Positions 11,755 to 22,704 of a stretch of 64,000 bases of DNA are shown one piece after another. This DNA is from Guillardia theta CCMP2712 (Eukaryota; Protista; Cryptophyta). The notes beneath the pieces are model-generated. The model saw only the letters and a program-made list of their open reading frames with translations. It searched no databases and had not been told where the DNA came from. The first letter of the stretch is position 1. Each line of letters begins with the position of its first letter. The DNA lies in NCBI RefSeq assembly GCF_000315625.1, contig NW_005434625.1:79726-143725 (forward strand), given 5' to 3'. Made by a program: the position numbers and the translations under genes.

Positions 11755-12069
11755 TCATATCATGCTCGCCGATGACAGATTCGTCATTGATACCCCTCGT
11801 CGCAGTATCCCCCTCCCCCTCGTCTCCTCCTCCCTTCCCAGCTCCGCAAGGTTCCTGTCGCTCTTCGACCTCATCATGAGCTTTGCCTTGGCATTCTTGA
11901 TGTTGCTCATGAGCGACTCGCCGTCTGCCTGCACCCGACACGAGCCTCGGCCGGGAGACGACAGGGTCGGAGACGCGGGGGAGCTGGAGTCGGTAGAGGC
12001 GAGTCTATCGAGGTAGGCTTTCTGAGAAGGGTTGAGGGTGAGCTTGACTTGGGGTCTTGCAGGCGTCAT
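11755..12069 (-). CDS. Small Ser-rich hypothetical protein, paralog 1 (104 aa)
   Basis: ATG in CCTCTCCACCATG context shared with paralog 2. Homology with paralog 2 ends at the stop codon. Confidence 0.55.
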   Translation of the reverse strand: MTPARPQVKLTLNPSQKAYLDRLASTDSSSPASPTLSSPGRGSCRVQADGESLMSNIKNAKAKLMMRSKSDRNLAELGREEETRGRGILRRGVSMTNLSSASMI

Positions 12070-13351
12070 GGTGGAGAGGTATTGATAGGAAGATGAATGT
12101 TGTAGAGATCCAACGAGTGACGAACAGAGGAAGAGAATCACTTGATGGAAAGACCGCAGGAGGAGGAGGAGGAGGAGGAGGAAGAAGAGGATGGACGTCA
12201 GTGAGACTTGCAGGTTATCAGGGAGATCGCAGATCCCGACTATACGATCGAAACCTCTCTTTTCATATCTCACCTCTACCCCTACCCTGTAAATGACCCA
12301 TTCTCTTGTATCATCTTGGGGGTATTTGTACATTGCGGGCCGTAAACCAGATACCAAACGTTGTGATATTCTCATGTATCTCGCGTCCGTGCCAAGAGGC
12401 TTCTGCCCGTATCGGTGTATGACTCCGAGTGCGACCTAGGTCCAGGGACCGTGACCACTGGGGGTCACTCTGAAGAAGCCGCAGCTAGCACCAGCAATTT
12501 GTGACTCACGGCCGGGAGTTGAAGGGTGGCGGATCTGCCAGTCGGCCACCGGGTCTTGCCACGTGGACGGGTGTAAGGCCCCAGAGTGAACGTGAGACGT
12601 CAGCTGACCGTTGCTGACCGAGGCGTCAGTAATACTATCTCTGGTTTTTAAAGTTTGACCGTCGCCTAGCTAGCACAGGAATTTTACGAAGTTGAGTGAA
12701 CTTCGGAACATTTGACGGTGGAGCGGGGCCGCCGCCTTGTTTCTTGCGAGACTCGATGATTCATTGCTCGTCATGATGCGGAGTGAGGCAGAGCGGACTG
12801 ACACTCAAGTCAAGTTGGAACCGTTGATGATTGCATACGGTACGGTATCCGTGATACATGTATGTGCCAGCCCCCACCACCGCCGCTGACTGAGTAGTGA
12901 CGGATGACGAGGAAGGAAAGATTGATTGCTGATCTGTCAGTACCGTGGCAGCGAAGAGCACGGAGCTGTCGGAGGCTTGAAGTTCCTGAGAGAAGATGAT
13001 ATGGAAGCCAGCGCAACTAGTAGAGGATAGGGCCCTGCGGGAGGGGCTCATATGATGCTGGAGCTGCCTCAGACCTACTTTCTATCACCATGCTTGAATG
13101 GAATCTGAGAACAGAAAGACGTACTGTACTGTAACTCGCTGTGACTTCTTTTGTGCCTATGCACCAAGGCTCGGGCTCATTCGGATTACTATGTATAAAA
13201 AGCAAAGCGAGCCGTCCGTTTGGTGACATGTAGATATATGACATGCACTAAACAAGTAGAAAGCAAACAAGCACATTTACTGCGTGTTATGTTAGTTGAT
13301 TAACTATCAAACACACAACAAACCGAAATAATTGCTTCACACAAATCCTCA

Positions 13352-13637
13352 TCATATCATGCTCGCCGATGACAGATTCGTCATTGATACCCCTCCGACT
13401 CGTCGCACTGCGCCAGTACCCCCCTTCCCGGGCCCTCGACACCTCCTCCACTCCCAGCTCCGCAAGGTTCCTGTCGCTCTTCAACCTCATCATGAGCTTC
13501 GCCTTGGCATTTTCGATGTACGAGCCTCGGCCGGGAGACGAAAGGGACGAAGACGCGGGAGAGCTGGAGCCGGTAGAGGCGAGTCTATCGAGGTAGGCTT
13601 TCTGAGAAGGGTTGAGGGTGAGCTTGACTTGGGTCAT
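13352..13637 (-). CDS. Small Ser-rich hypothetical protein, paralog 2 (apparent +1 frameshift)
   Basis: Direct repeat of 11755-12069 (QVKLTLNPSQKAYLDRLAST...RRGVSMTNLSSASMI*). ATG-to-shared-stop length is 286 nt, one base out of frame; a C run near 13419-13424 is the likely site. Confidence 0.5.
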
Positions 13638-14055
13638 GGTGGAGAGGTGTTGAAAGGACGCTAAGGTCAGGTTGTCAGGTTGTTGAGGTTGTTGAGGGGG
13701 CGAGCTAAGAGCTGGATCAGAGGGAGTGACGAGGGATGGAACCGGAACTTGTCCGATCGTCGAACCATTTTTTTGTTCTCTTCTCTTTACGCAAAGTAAA
13801 GTTAAAAATCAGTACGAGGACAATCAGGAGAGTCGAGGAGGCTTGACCCTGACACTGTCGCACTCAGGCTGCACAGGCCAAACGGCGAGAAGGGAAAAGA
13901 CAGCGAGAACCAAACCTAATCCTGCCGACTGCTGTCCCCCAAACTCATTTTTTTGTTCTATTGAACAGGGGCCGAGCCTGCCTCAGTGGATTGAGCTCGC
14001 CTAATTGATTCGATCGAATTGATTTGATTCGAATCGGTGGTTTGGGACAACGGAA

Positions 14056-16449
14056 ATGCCTCGAAGGATCGTGCCGGATGGGATAGGAAGGGCAGGCAGG
14101 CAGGCAGGAGAGAGCGGAAGGAGGGAGATGGGGAGAGAGAAGCAGACGATCAGGAGGTCAAGGAGGGAGGAGGCGGGAGGAGGAGGGAGGAGGAGGAACA
14201 TGTGCTGAGAGAAGCTGGACTAGGAGAGCAACTCAGAACCATCGGAAGGGATCATACCTGCACATGGTGAGACGATTGTTTTCAGGACTACTGTATGCAC
14301 GAGAACGCGCGAACAAGTTGACATCACACAGCATGTCAGAGGTGCTTTGACTCCCTTCCTCGATCTACCCACTTGCTGCCCTCTCTCTTGCTCCCCTGCT
14401 CCCCCTGGTAATTCTTCAGTGACCATCTCACCCTCACCTTAGGAGGCGGCGGTGATCTACTTCAAATGCTCTGAGACGCGAGTACCTCCGGTCATCCGGT
14501 ACCTTCCTCCCTCCCTCCCTCCCTTGCTGTCTCGTGCGCGTGACCACTCCGTGTGACAGGAGGGTCCTGCTGCGGAAGGGATGGGTCGAGTGGGACAAAG
14601 ACAAGGACCCTGAAGAGCTGTGGTCGCTCCACTGGAAGAGTGGGAGGTTCAAGCTCAGCGACTGGGACAGGTTGGACCCTCCTCGTCGTTTCTTCCTGCT
14701 GTGACCCCTCGGCCAGGTGCCTCTCCCACCAACGGATCAACCACTGCCCCAAGAGCAGCAACATCACAAAGAAGGACAACCTGCACCGGAACATCAAACG
14801 GCTGGCAGGCTCCTACGGGTGGGATCTTCTTCTTCCTCCTCCTCCTCCTCCTCCTCCTCCTCCTCCTCCTCCTCCTCCTCCTCCTGATTCACGTGTAGCC
14901 CGATCTTCAACTTCGTCCCCACCACGTTCGTGCTGCCCAACGAGTACGTCGCCTTCATGCGCGAGTACGCTGAGAGGGAGGAGGAGAAGCCTCTCTGGAT
15001 CTGCAAGCCGTCCGACTCGAGCCGAGGACGAGGAATCTTCTTGATCTCCGACATGTCTCAGGTCCCCTCCTCTCCTGCTGTCGCTGCGCTGACCCTACCG
15101 TACCAGCTGGTGTACGACCAGCAGTACGTGGTGCAGGAGTACATCGCCAACCCTCTGCTGGTGGGAGGGTTCAAGTTCGACCTCCGTCTCTACGTCCTCG
15201 TCACCTCGTTCCATCCGATCCGCTGCTACCTGTACAGGGAGGGTCTAGTGAGGTTCGCCACGGAGAAGTACTCCAAGGACTCTTCCTCCATCGCTAACCT
15301 GTTCGCTCACCTCACCAACTCCTCGATCAACAAGTTCTCCCCCTCCCTCGACGAGCACAAAGACACAGTGGGTTCGGGGTGCAAGTGGACGCTGACGAGG
15401 CTCAGGAAGTACCTGAGCAGTGCAGGGGTGGACGACTCGCTCCTCTTCGAGAGGATCAAGCACATCATCATCCTCACCACCCTCGCCCTCTGGCCCAAGA
15501 TCCCCCGGCAGACCTCCGGGTTTGAGCTCTTCGGGTTCGACGTGATGGTGGACAGCGAGCTGAAGCCCTGGCTGATCGAGGTCAACTCCTCTCCTGCCCT
15601 CGCCACCGACACGGAGCTCGACGTGGAGGTCAAGGACGCGCTCATCAGCGACACCATCGACCTCCTAGGCTTCGCGCCGGCGCCCAAGGAGCCCAAGGAG
15701 CCCAAGAAGAGGAAGCAGGGGATCGAGCAGACGAAGCCCCCGGCTGGCCGGCCAGACCATAGCGCGATCCTTACCTCTATGAGCTCTACGGTCAAGTCGA
15801 GGGGCCCTTGGTTGGCCCATCACAAGTCGGCAAGCGCAGGCCGGCTGCAGGTGGAGACCGAGGCGAAGAACCCTCTGAGCAGCAGCGGTAAGGTGGCGAA
15901 CAGGGATCTGTCCTCCAAGACGAAGCATGCCAGCCTGTCTGCTCGTACCCTCACGCAGGGAGCGGAGGAAGCGTCTGCCCCCTCGGTCTCCTCCCTGCGG
16001 CCTCCTCTTGCTCCTCGGCTGCGAACGCTGAGCAGGAGCGCGTCCTCCACACCCCCGGCAGGAGCGTCGAGACAGGCGAAGGAGAACGTGTGCGCACGGA
16101 ACAAGCCTGCTCAACCGGGGGGAGGGGAAGAGGCGAAGGAAGAGAAGCTGGGGGGGTTCGAGCTTGTGTTCCCCCACACCTCCGAGCTGAAGCAGCAGTG
16201 CGAGAAATGCTTACAGAGCAACTCGGTAGACATCCGACCCTTCGTGCAGGCGATCAAGGAGGCGGAGCTGAGGTCATCCCCCTGTCCTCCCCCTGCCTGT
16301 TCCCCTCCCTCCCTCTCCTCTCGCTCTCTCCTCCCTCCCTCTCCCTTCTCCCTTTGCATCGCTTCTGCAGGCGATATTTGCTTCTGACTGCACATTTCAG
16401 GTTGAGGAAAGAGGCTCGTGGCAGTCGCAAGGCAGCAGGGGAGGAATGA
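14056..16449 (+). CDS. TTLL2: Tubulin polyglutamylase, TTLL family (TTLL2-like); start uncertain
   Basis: RINHCPKSSNITKKDNL, WICKPSDSSRGRGIFL, QEYIANPLLVGGFKFDLRLYVLVTSF, HLTNSSINK, FELFGFDVMVD, WLIEVNSSPAL. Confidence 0.9.
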
Positions 16450-16748
16450 GATGAGACGAGATGAGATGTGAATGTATTATTTAACCTTCTTGCCATGGAG
16501 AGGACAATGTTATAATAAAGTGACTTAATGAATGTGAAACTTCTTAGCTCTCCCTCGCTGCTCCAACAAACATCCACCTTCAGCACCTCACAACCTCGAG
16601 AGCACGTCTTGCAGGAGCAAGACATGCTCACGTCTCAACGGCATCAACCCGAGTCACTCGCGCTCCTTTACGCCCTCGGTCTCTTGGCAGACGGCGAGCT
16701 AGAGGATCTTAATGAGTAAGAACAAGCAAAGTCCTCCTCACAGACCTC

Positions 16749-17738
16749 TCAGCAGCTTCGCAAGCAGCAGATGCTCCATCCTCCTTCCCTGAAGCTTCCA
16801 TCAATAAATCCTGAATGAAACTTTCTCCCTCCTCCCTCCTCCCTCCTACTCTATACCTCCCTCATATCTCGCTGCTTTCCCTCCCAGCTCTGCTTCTTCT
16901 CCCCAGCTGCTCTCCACCTCAGGGAGATCTGCATCCACGTCAGCCCAGCCTTCACCAGCGCATCTCTAGCTGACCGATATCAGGTCCGAAGTGGTCAAGA
17001 ATCAGCTGGCGGGCAGCAGCCTGAGCTGGGGGTCAGCTGGAAGGGGAGGGGAGGGCCGCAGACCTCTACGACTCGAGGGTGAGTAAGAGCTTTGACAACT
17101 TGATGCAACTTGATCAGTTCCAGCAACCTGGGAGCCCCTCTGCGACTGTGTCAGCAGCAGAAACAGGAGAGGCTGGAGCAGAGGCTGGAGCACAAGCACG
17201 AGCAGCTCTGCTGCTACATAGTCCTCCCGTCTCATCTCCTACAAGACAACAACAAGAGCCGCCCTGCCCCCTCACCTGCCACTTTTTTCTCTTCTGACTG
17301 TATGGCAATCGCTCATTGCCACCGAAAGAGCTTCCATGTCCCACGCCTGCCACATGCTCAGCTTGAGCTTGACAAGTAAAGAACCAACTTACAAGCCCCC
17401 TGACTTCCTCCGTCGGGTTGATCCAATCGTTGTCCTCCTCCTCCTCCTCCTCCCCGTGGTTCTTCTTGCTTGTGCGCATTGCCATCTCGTCTGTTGTCCT
17501 CAGTCTCTTCGTCTGCTCCACCATCACTCGTCCTGCTTCCCTCCTGGCCGTCTCCTTACATGCAAGTTACAGGCGACCAGCCGCACGATTCCTTCCTTCA
17601 CTCTCTCGAACGAGTCTGGAACGGGAAGATCCACCCTGACAGCTCCTCAGATCGCATGAAGAGAGACGATACACCTCCACACGCCCTCCTCCCCTTTCTG
17701 CTATCCACTTTTGTTTTACTTGGCATGTATAATGCCTT

Positions 17739-17798
<60 letters not shown>

Positions 17799-17841
17799 CC
17801 TCATCATCATCATCATCACCGACACCACAACCATCGGCATT

Positions 17842-17938
<97 letters not shown>

Positions 17939-19879
17939 TGATTCTTCTCACCATGAGTTGACTGAGATGCTGTCTGACAGAGCCTACAAGATGCGGCTCA
18001 AGGTGAGGCAAGTCAACAAGAAGGCTCTACTTCACCTCAACTTGGTGCCACCAATAGTGCGGAACGTAGAGGACCTAACGAAGCTGAACAGGAGGAGAGA
18101 AAAAGAGCAAGGAAAAAGGGGAGAGGTTGGGAAAGAGGGAAGGAGGAGAGGGAGGTAGAGGAGAGAGGGAGGGATTGAAAGAGAGAGGGGAGCAAGAGGA
18201 GAGTGGCTAGGTCGCACGACATGAACAAGGGGAAGCACAAGGCGAGCAGGGGAGGAGGAAGAGAAGGACGAGGAGGAGGACGAGGAGGAGGACGAGGAGG
18301 AGACGAGGAGGAGAAGGAGAAGAAGGAAAAGGAGTAGGAGAAAGAGAAGGAGAAGGAGGGAGTTGCGATAGGATTAGCACCTCTCCTGGTTTTAGCACAA
18401 CCTCCATGCCGCCTGGGACCTCCTTGAACAAACAATGAGCAAGCGAGCACAGCAGACTTGTCTGCTGACCCCGGCGCTCTTGAACTTGAGGTCACTGAAC
18501 ACCGAGCTCTCCTCATACGGGATCCTCGTCGGGCGCATCAGCCCCTTCCTGTCCCCTGTTCCTCAGATTTTCAGCTGCCAGCCCAGCCTCCCATCGCCAA
18601 CAAGACCAGGAGGAAACAGCAGCCAACGCTTTTCTCCGTACAGCTAGCGGTCTAACACGTCAGCCGTTCCCCCTGCTCCTCCAGCTCCCGCACCTGGGCG
18701 ACGAGGTTGTAACCGTACGTGTCGTAGTGACACTGCTTCCCGTCAACACGTCGTCTCACAACCGATGGGGTCAAACCTGAGCCTCCGACCCGGCGCTGCC
18801 ATACCAGAAGTTGCTGTGCTGTGGGCGATGGACGGGTAAGAGTTGGGAGGCAGGAGAGAAGGGCAGTGGAAGGACATCAGTATCGGGCTCACCACGTAGC
18901 CAGTAGTATCCACGCCAACGCTACTCCAGTCCACGAAACTTTCACCATCTGTCGTGGGGGGTGAGGAAACAAGAAAAAACTCTTTCAGCCTGACTCTGGG
19001 GAAAGCCGCGGAAGAGCTCGTGAAACCGTTTGTAGTCCGCGTAGCCCCAGTACGCTCCCTTGCTCCTCCTGGCGGAGCAGGATCAAAAGTCCTCAACAAC
19101 ATCCAGGTTTCCTCCCCGCAGATCACTTGACCCTCCAGCCTCTCCTACCCGCCCAGACTCCTCGTGATTTTGTCGAGGGCGGCGTTGTCCTTGCTAACAC
19201 CGTTCCCTTCCTGACTCCAGAGGAAGAAGTCTCGGAAAGATAGGGACTTGAAGAAGCAATCATTCTGCAAGCAGCCATCAACTTGCCCTTCTCCTCCACC
19301 TCTACCACATCCTCTTCACCTCTCTGGTCACTTCCTGGGATCCTCTTGCCCCGAAGCGGAAGGACGTCGTGACCTCAGCCAGGGGTCCCTGAGCCTGGAG
19401 CTGGACATCAGCTGAGAACAGCGTCTAGGTAGCCCACCAGGGAGAAAGGCGTCCATTTCCTCGCAGGCCAGCCCTCGATGAAACCGACCAGCACGACCGG
19501 ACGGTCAAGCTTACCGTCCTTGATCAGACTGACACATGCAATGAGAGAGGCTCGAAGACATCAAAGGACGTAGAACAATCGCATGCTCCCTCCGCCTCGA
19601 TTCCTCCTCCTTCTGCTCCTTTCCTCCTCTTGTCTTGTTTCCAACCTCTGCTTCTCCGCCAACTACTCCTCCCTTTTCTCTCAGCATGAAATTCTTTCCC
19701 GCGAATAACGATCCTCCGATTCTTCGAACCCTCTCCCGCCCTCATCTCCTTCCGCGCCCCATCCAGGAGCCGCCTTCTCTCTCCTCCAACCCACGATCAT
19801 CCCCTGCCATCCTCTTCTTCTCCGCTTACCTTATCGCCTCCTTGCCTTCCTCCCCTTCCACTCGCCGCACTGCCGCCAT
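16749..19879 (-). CDS. HSPBAP1: JmjC/cupin-8 hydroxylase, HSPBAP1-like; multi-exon, 3' end approximate
   Basis: Exons give PVVLVGFIEGWPARKW, CHYDTYGYNLVAQLYGEKRWLLFPP, RPTRIPYEESSVFS, VLKPGE, VLYVPHYWWHQVE, SISVNSW, WINPTEE (HxD...H iron triad present). Confidence 0.88.
17842..17937 (+). repeat. (CAG)32 microsatellite, near (CTCCTG)n, in an HSPBAP1 intron
   Basis: Direct reading of the sequence. Confidence 0.95.
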
Positions 19880-20068
19880 GGGTTTCGGAGTGGCTCTCTA
19901 CAGGCTCTTTGGAGGGATCGGAAGCCCTCATACCGACCCTTTATGTGTTCCCCTACCTCTCACAATGTCCACCGCAGCTGCAGTGCTACTGGGCACGGGA
20001 GAGGGTCGCGGGAGCCGCATGCTTGTGAGCGAAGTGAAGTGAAGGGGATCAGTAGGATGCAGTAGAGT

Positions 20069-20692
20069 ATGGCGAAGGAAGCTTCACATGTCTGCCATGC
20101 CGAGCTCTACGCCATGACCCCATTGCAGGAATTCTTCAATGCTGTGACGATGTTGTTCCCGACTATCGCGCTCTCTCACTTCGCGATGAATTGGCCGCAT
20201 CCCCTGGTGATCTTGCTGCTGCTCGGAACTGTTTCTCACCTGCCTGTCTCCTTCACCTATCACATGAGCGTCGCATTCTCCCGGTACGAGGATCGACTTG
20301 ACAACGACATGCGCCGGCTGGATCAGAGTATGCAGCATGTCTTGGGGACAGTGTTCGCATACGCTCTCTCCGGATCAATGTTCTACATGTTCATCAACCT
20401 TGTTTACAACGTGTACGCAATAATCTTGTTATGGGATGCGTCAACATCCAACGATGGCAGAAGATGGGTCCCCGTCATGATCAGCGTCTGCATGTACAAC
20501 GCTCCCATGGCGTGGAGACAAGACTACGAGAATTTCGTCATTGCTTTCCTCAGCATGGGGCTAGGAGGAATGTCCTTCATCCCCGTGCTCAACAAGAAGC
20601 TCTTCTCAGGATGGGGGCACTGCATCTTTCACGTCGCTCTCTTCCTGTATGCTCGCGCGCTGGCTCAGTCAGCCAGCAAGATTGCTCTCTAA
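20069..20692 (+). CDS. Multi-pass membrane protein, CREST superfamily (hemolysin-III/PAQR/ceramidase-like)
   Basis: Intronless 207 aa with about 6-7 hydrophobic segments and the CREST signature SxxxH (SFTYH), RLD, HxxxH (HCIFH). Confidence 0.75.
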   Translation: MAKEASHVCHAELYAMTPLQEFFNAVTMLFPTIALSHFAMNWPHPLVILLLLGTVSHLPVSFTYHMSVAFSRYEDRLDNDMRRLDQSMQHVLGTVFAYALSGSMFYMFINLVYNVYAIILLWDASTSNDGRRWVPVMISVCMYNAPMAWRQDYENFVIAFLSMGLGGMSFIPVLNKKLFSGWGHCIFHVALFLYARALAQSASKIAL

Positions 20693-21809
20693 GAGTCCGG
20701 CAGAGGTTGTTGTCTGATCTCACCACAGTCTCAATAAATCTTGTTCACACAATGTATCTCTCTCGTTGCGTTGCCCTCAAACTCTCTCACAAGTGACTGC
20801 TGCCAGTTTCGACCATGAATTTCGTTTACTCAAAGTTTTTAAGTTAAAATTCAGTACGAGGACTTTGAGTGATGAACTAAGTGGGAGGACGGCGACATCG
20901 GACGACATCGGGCCCCGGGCACCCGGCTCTCGGAACAACGGAAGGTCCTCGTGACTCAAGATCTTGGTGCCTGCCGGTCACGCTGCTACCTTCTCAGTCG
21001 TTATGAAGTACGGGTACATTTCACTGATAGAATGGGGGTGATGAGAGGGAGCCATGTTACCTTTGCGAAAGGGAGGCCATGGGGCCCAAATTTCAGTTGG
21101 CACGATCTTTTAGATCTTTTGCCCTTGAAAATATCTTTTGACATTTGTGAATTTTGGAATGAAATTTGATAGATGAATTTGATTTTGAAAAGTTGGCATC
21201 GGCGGTTGTCTCCGATGTCAGTGTCGATCGTGGCACCAAAGTCCAACTTTTGAAAATAAATCTTGAATTATGATCCGAAACAATGTGTTTTCAGCTCATT
21301 GTTCTAATGCTGACCAAGTTTACTACATCTTAAAGACCTATTTACTACGAAGGAGGCCGTACATACATTACTTTTAGCCTGCGTCTTATTTCTGAACCAA
21401 AAACCACCACCCCTATTTCCGACTGTGCTCTTAAGGGTTTCTAATGAAAAGTCGTCAGGGTCATAAATTTCTATAGATCCCTTCTATATAATATGAGCAG
21501 GGTTCATGCCATGCAGTGCATTCGAAATGCAACTACCCCACCCCTCCTGGTATTCCATTTCTGACGCCTTGGTCACCAAGCCCCACGATCGCCCCCATAT
21601 CCTTGATCCCCCACGTCCTCCACCTCGTCTCTCCCCGTCTTCATTTCTATTTATCACCTTCATCTCCTCTGCACCAGTGTACCTGCTTTCCTCCTCCTCC
21701 TCCTGCCATCCTCTGATCCTAGCTCGTCCTGCTGTGAAATGCAGAAGTGAACGTTCAACACTGGGAGACAATCAAAGGATACAAACTTGTTGCAACTCTG
21801 CTTTGTTCA

Positions 21810-22532
21810 ATGACGTCAAAAAGTCTGGTTGATGCCATCGCCGAAATTTTCCCCGATGAGATCCTTCACCCTTCCCCTCACAATGATTCTCTTCACTGCT
21901 CGATGACGCAGGATTCTACCTTGTGCTCCAGCAACTCATCGTGCTCGAGTACCTCGTGCTTCGAGTCCCCGTGCATGGAGTCCAAGACCAACTGCTTCTA
22001 CTTCCCCGAGGCAGGGCTCTGGTTTCCTCTGCCCTCGTGGGACTCTTGCGACCTCAACTTCAACCCATCGGATCTCAACGTGTGGGAGCCACCCAAGCCT
22101 CCTCCTCTTCACCTTGATGTGAGCATGCTCGACAGCAGCCGGGGATGGAACCTCGGAGGCATTGGAAGGAGTCTGATGATGCCGTCTGAGACCAAGTCGC
22201 AGATCGATACCCTCTCCTCTCCTGAAGAGGGCTTCGACTTCAGCGGGCAACATGAGCCGTGCAGCGGGGACGGGCACAAGTTCAACAAGTCCCAGTGGTC
22301 CAAGGAAGAGCACAGGAAGTTCTTGGAGGGGTTGGCCAAGTTCTGTCCAGAGGCAGAGCGAGAGGCAGAGAAAGATGGGAAGATCTCGGTGGGACTGGGG
22401 GTAGGAGTTGCTGAGCTGATATCCTCGCACGTTCAGACAAGGTCTCCGCTGCAGGTCCGGTCGCATGCGCAGAAGCATTTCTTGAAGAAGCATCGGCATG
22501 CGATGAAGAAGCAGCGGAAGGAAGAGCCGTAA
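21810..22532 (+). CDS. Myb-like transcription factor, SHAQKYF class
   Basis: WSKEEHRKFLEGL...VQTRSPLQVRSHAQKHF with a basic tail; first in-frame ATG at 21810. Confidence 0.9.
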   Translation: MTSKSLVDAIAEIFPDEILHPSPHNDSLHCSMTQDSTLCSSNSSCSSTSCFESPCMESKTNCFYFPEAGLWFPLPSWDSCDLNFNPSDLNVWEPPKPPPLHLDVSMLDSSRGWNLGGIGRSLMMPSETKSQIDTLSSPEEGFDFSGQHEPCSGDGHKFNKSQWSKEEHRKFLEGLAKFCPEAEREAEKDGKISVGLGVGVAELISSHVQTRSPLQVRSHAQKHFLKKHRHAMKKQRKEEP

Positions 22533-22704
22533 TGACCAGTAATGCAATGATGGTTTTTTTAATCCGGATCAGCATGGAAGTTTTCCAACGATGACAACTT
22601 TTTTGGGGAGCTCTCGCGAGTTCCGTATCACCATCTATTGTAACATTATTTCTTTGGAGTCTAATACATGTACAAAGTTTACAACCACGATCCCTGCAAT
22701 CTCT

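Noticed and set aside
17470-17961. PolyL/polyQ protein and similar low-complexity ORFs (e.g. 41483-42018, 53622-54159, 58840-59194)
   Set aside because: These are translations of intronic microsatellites.
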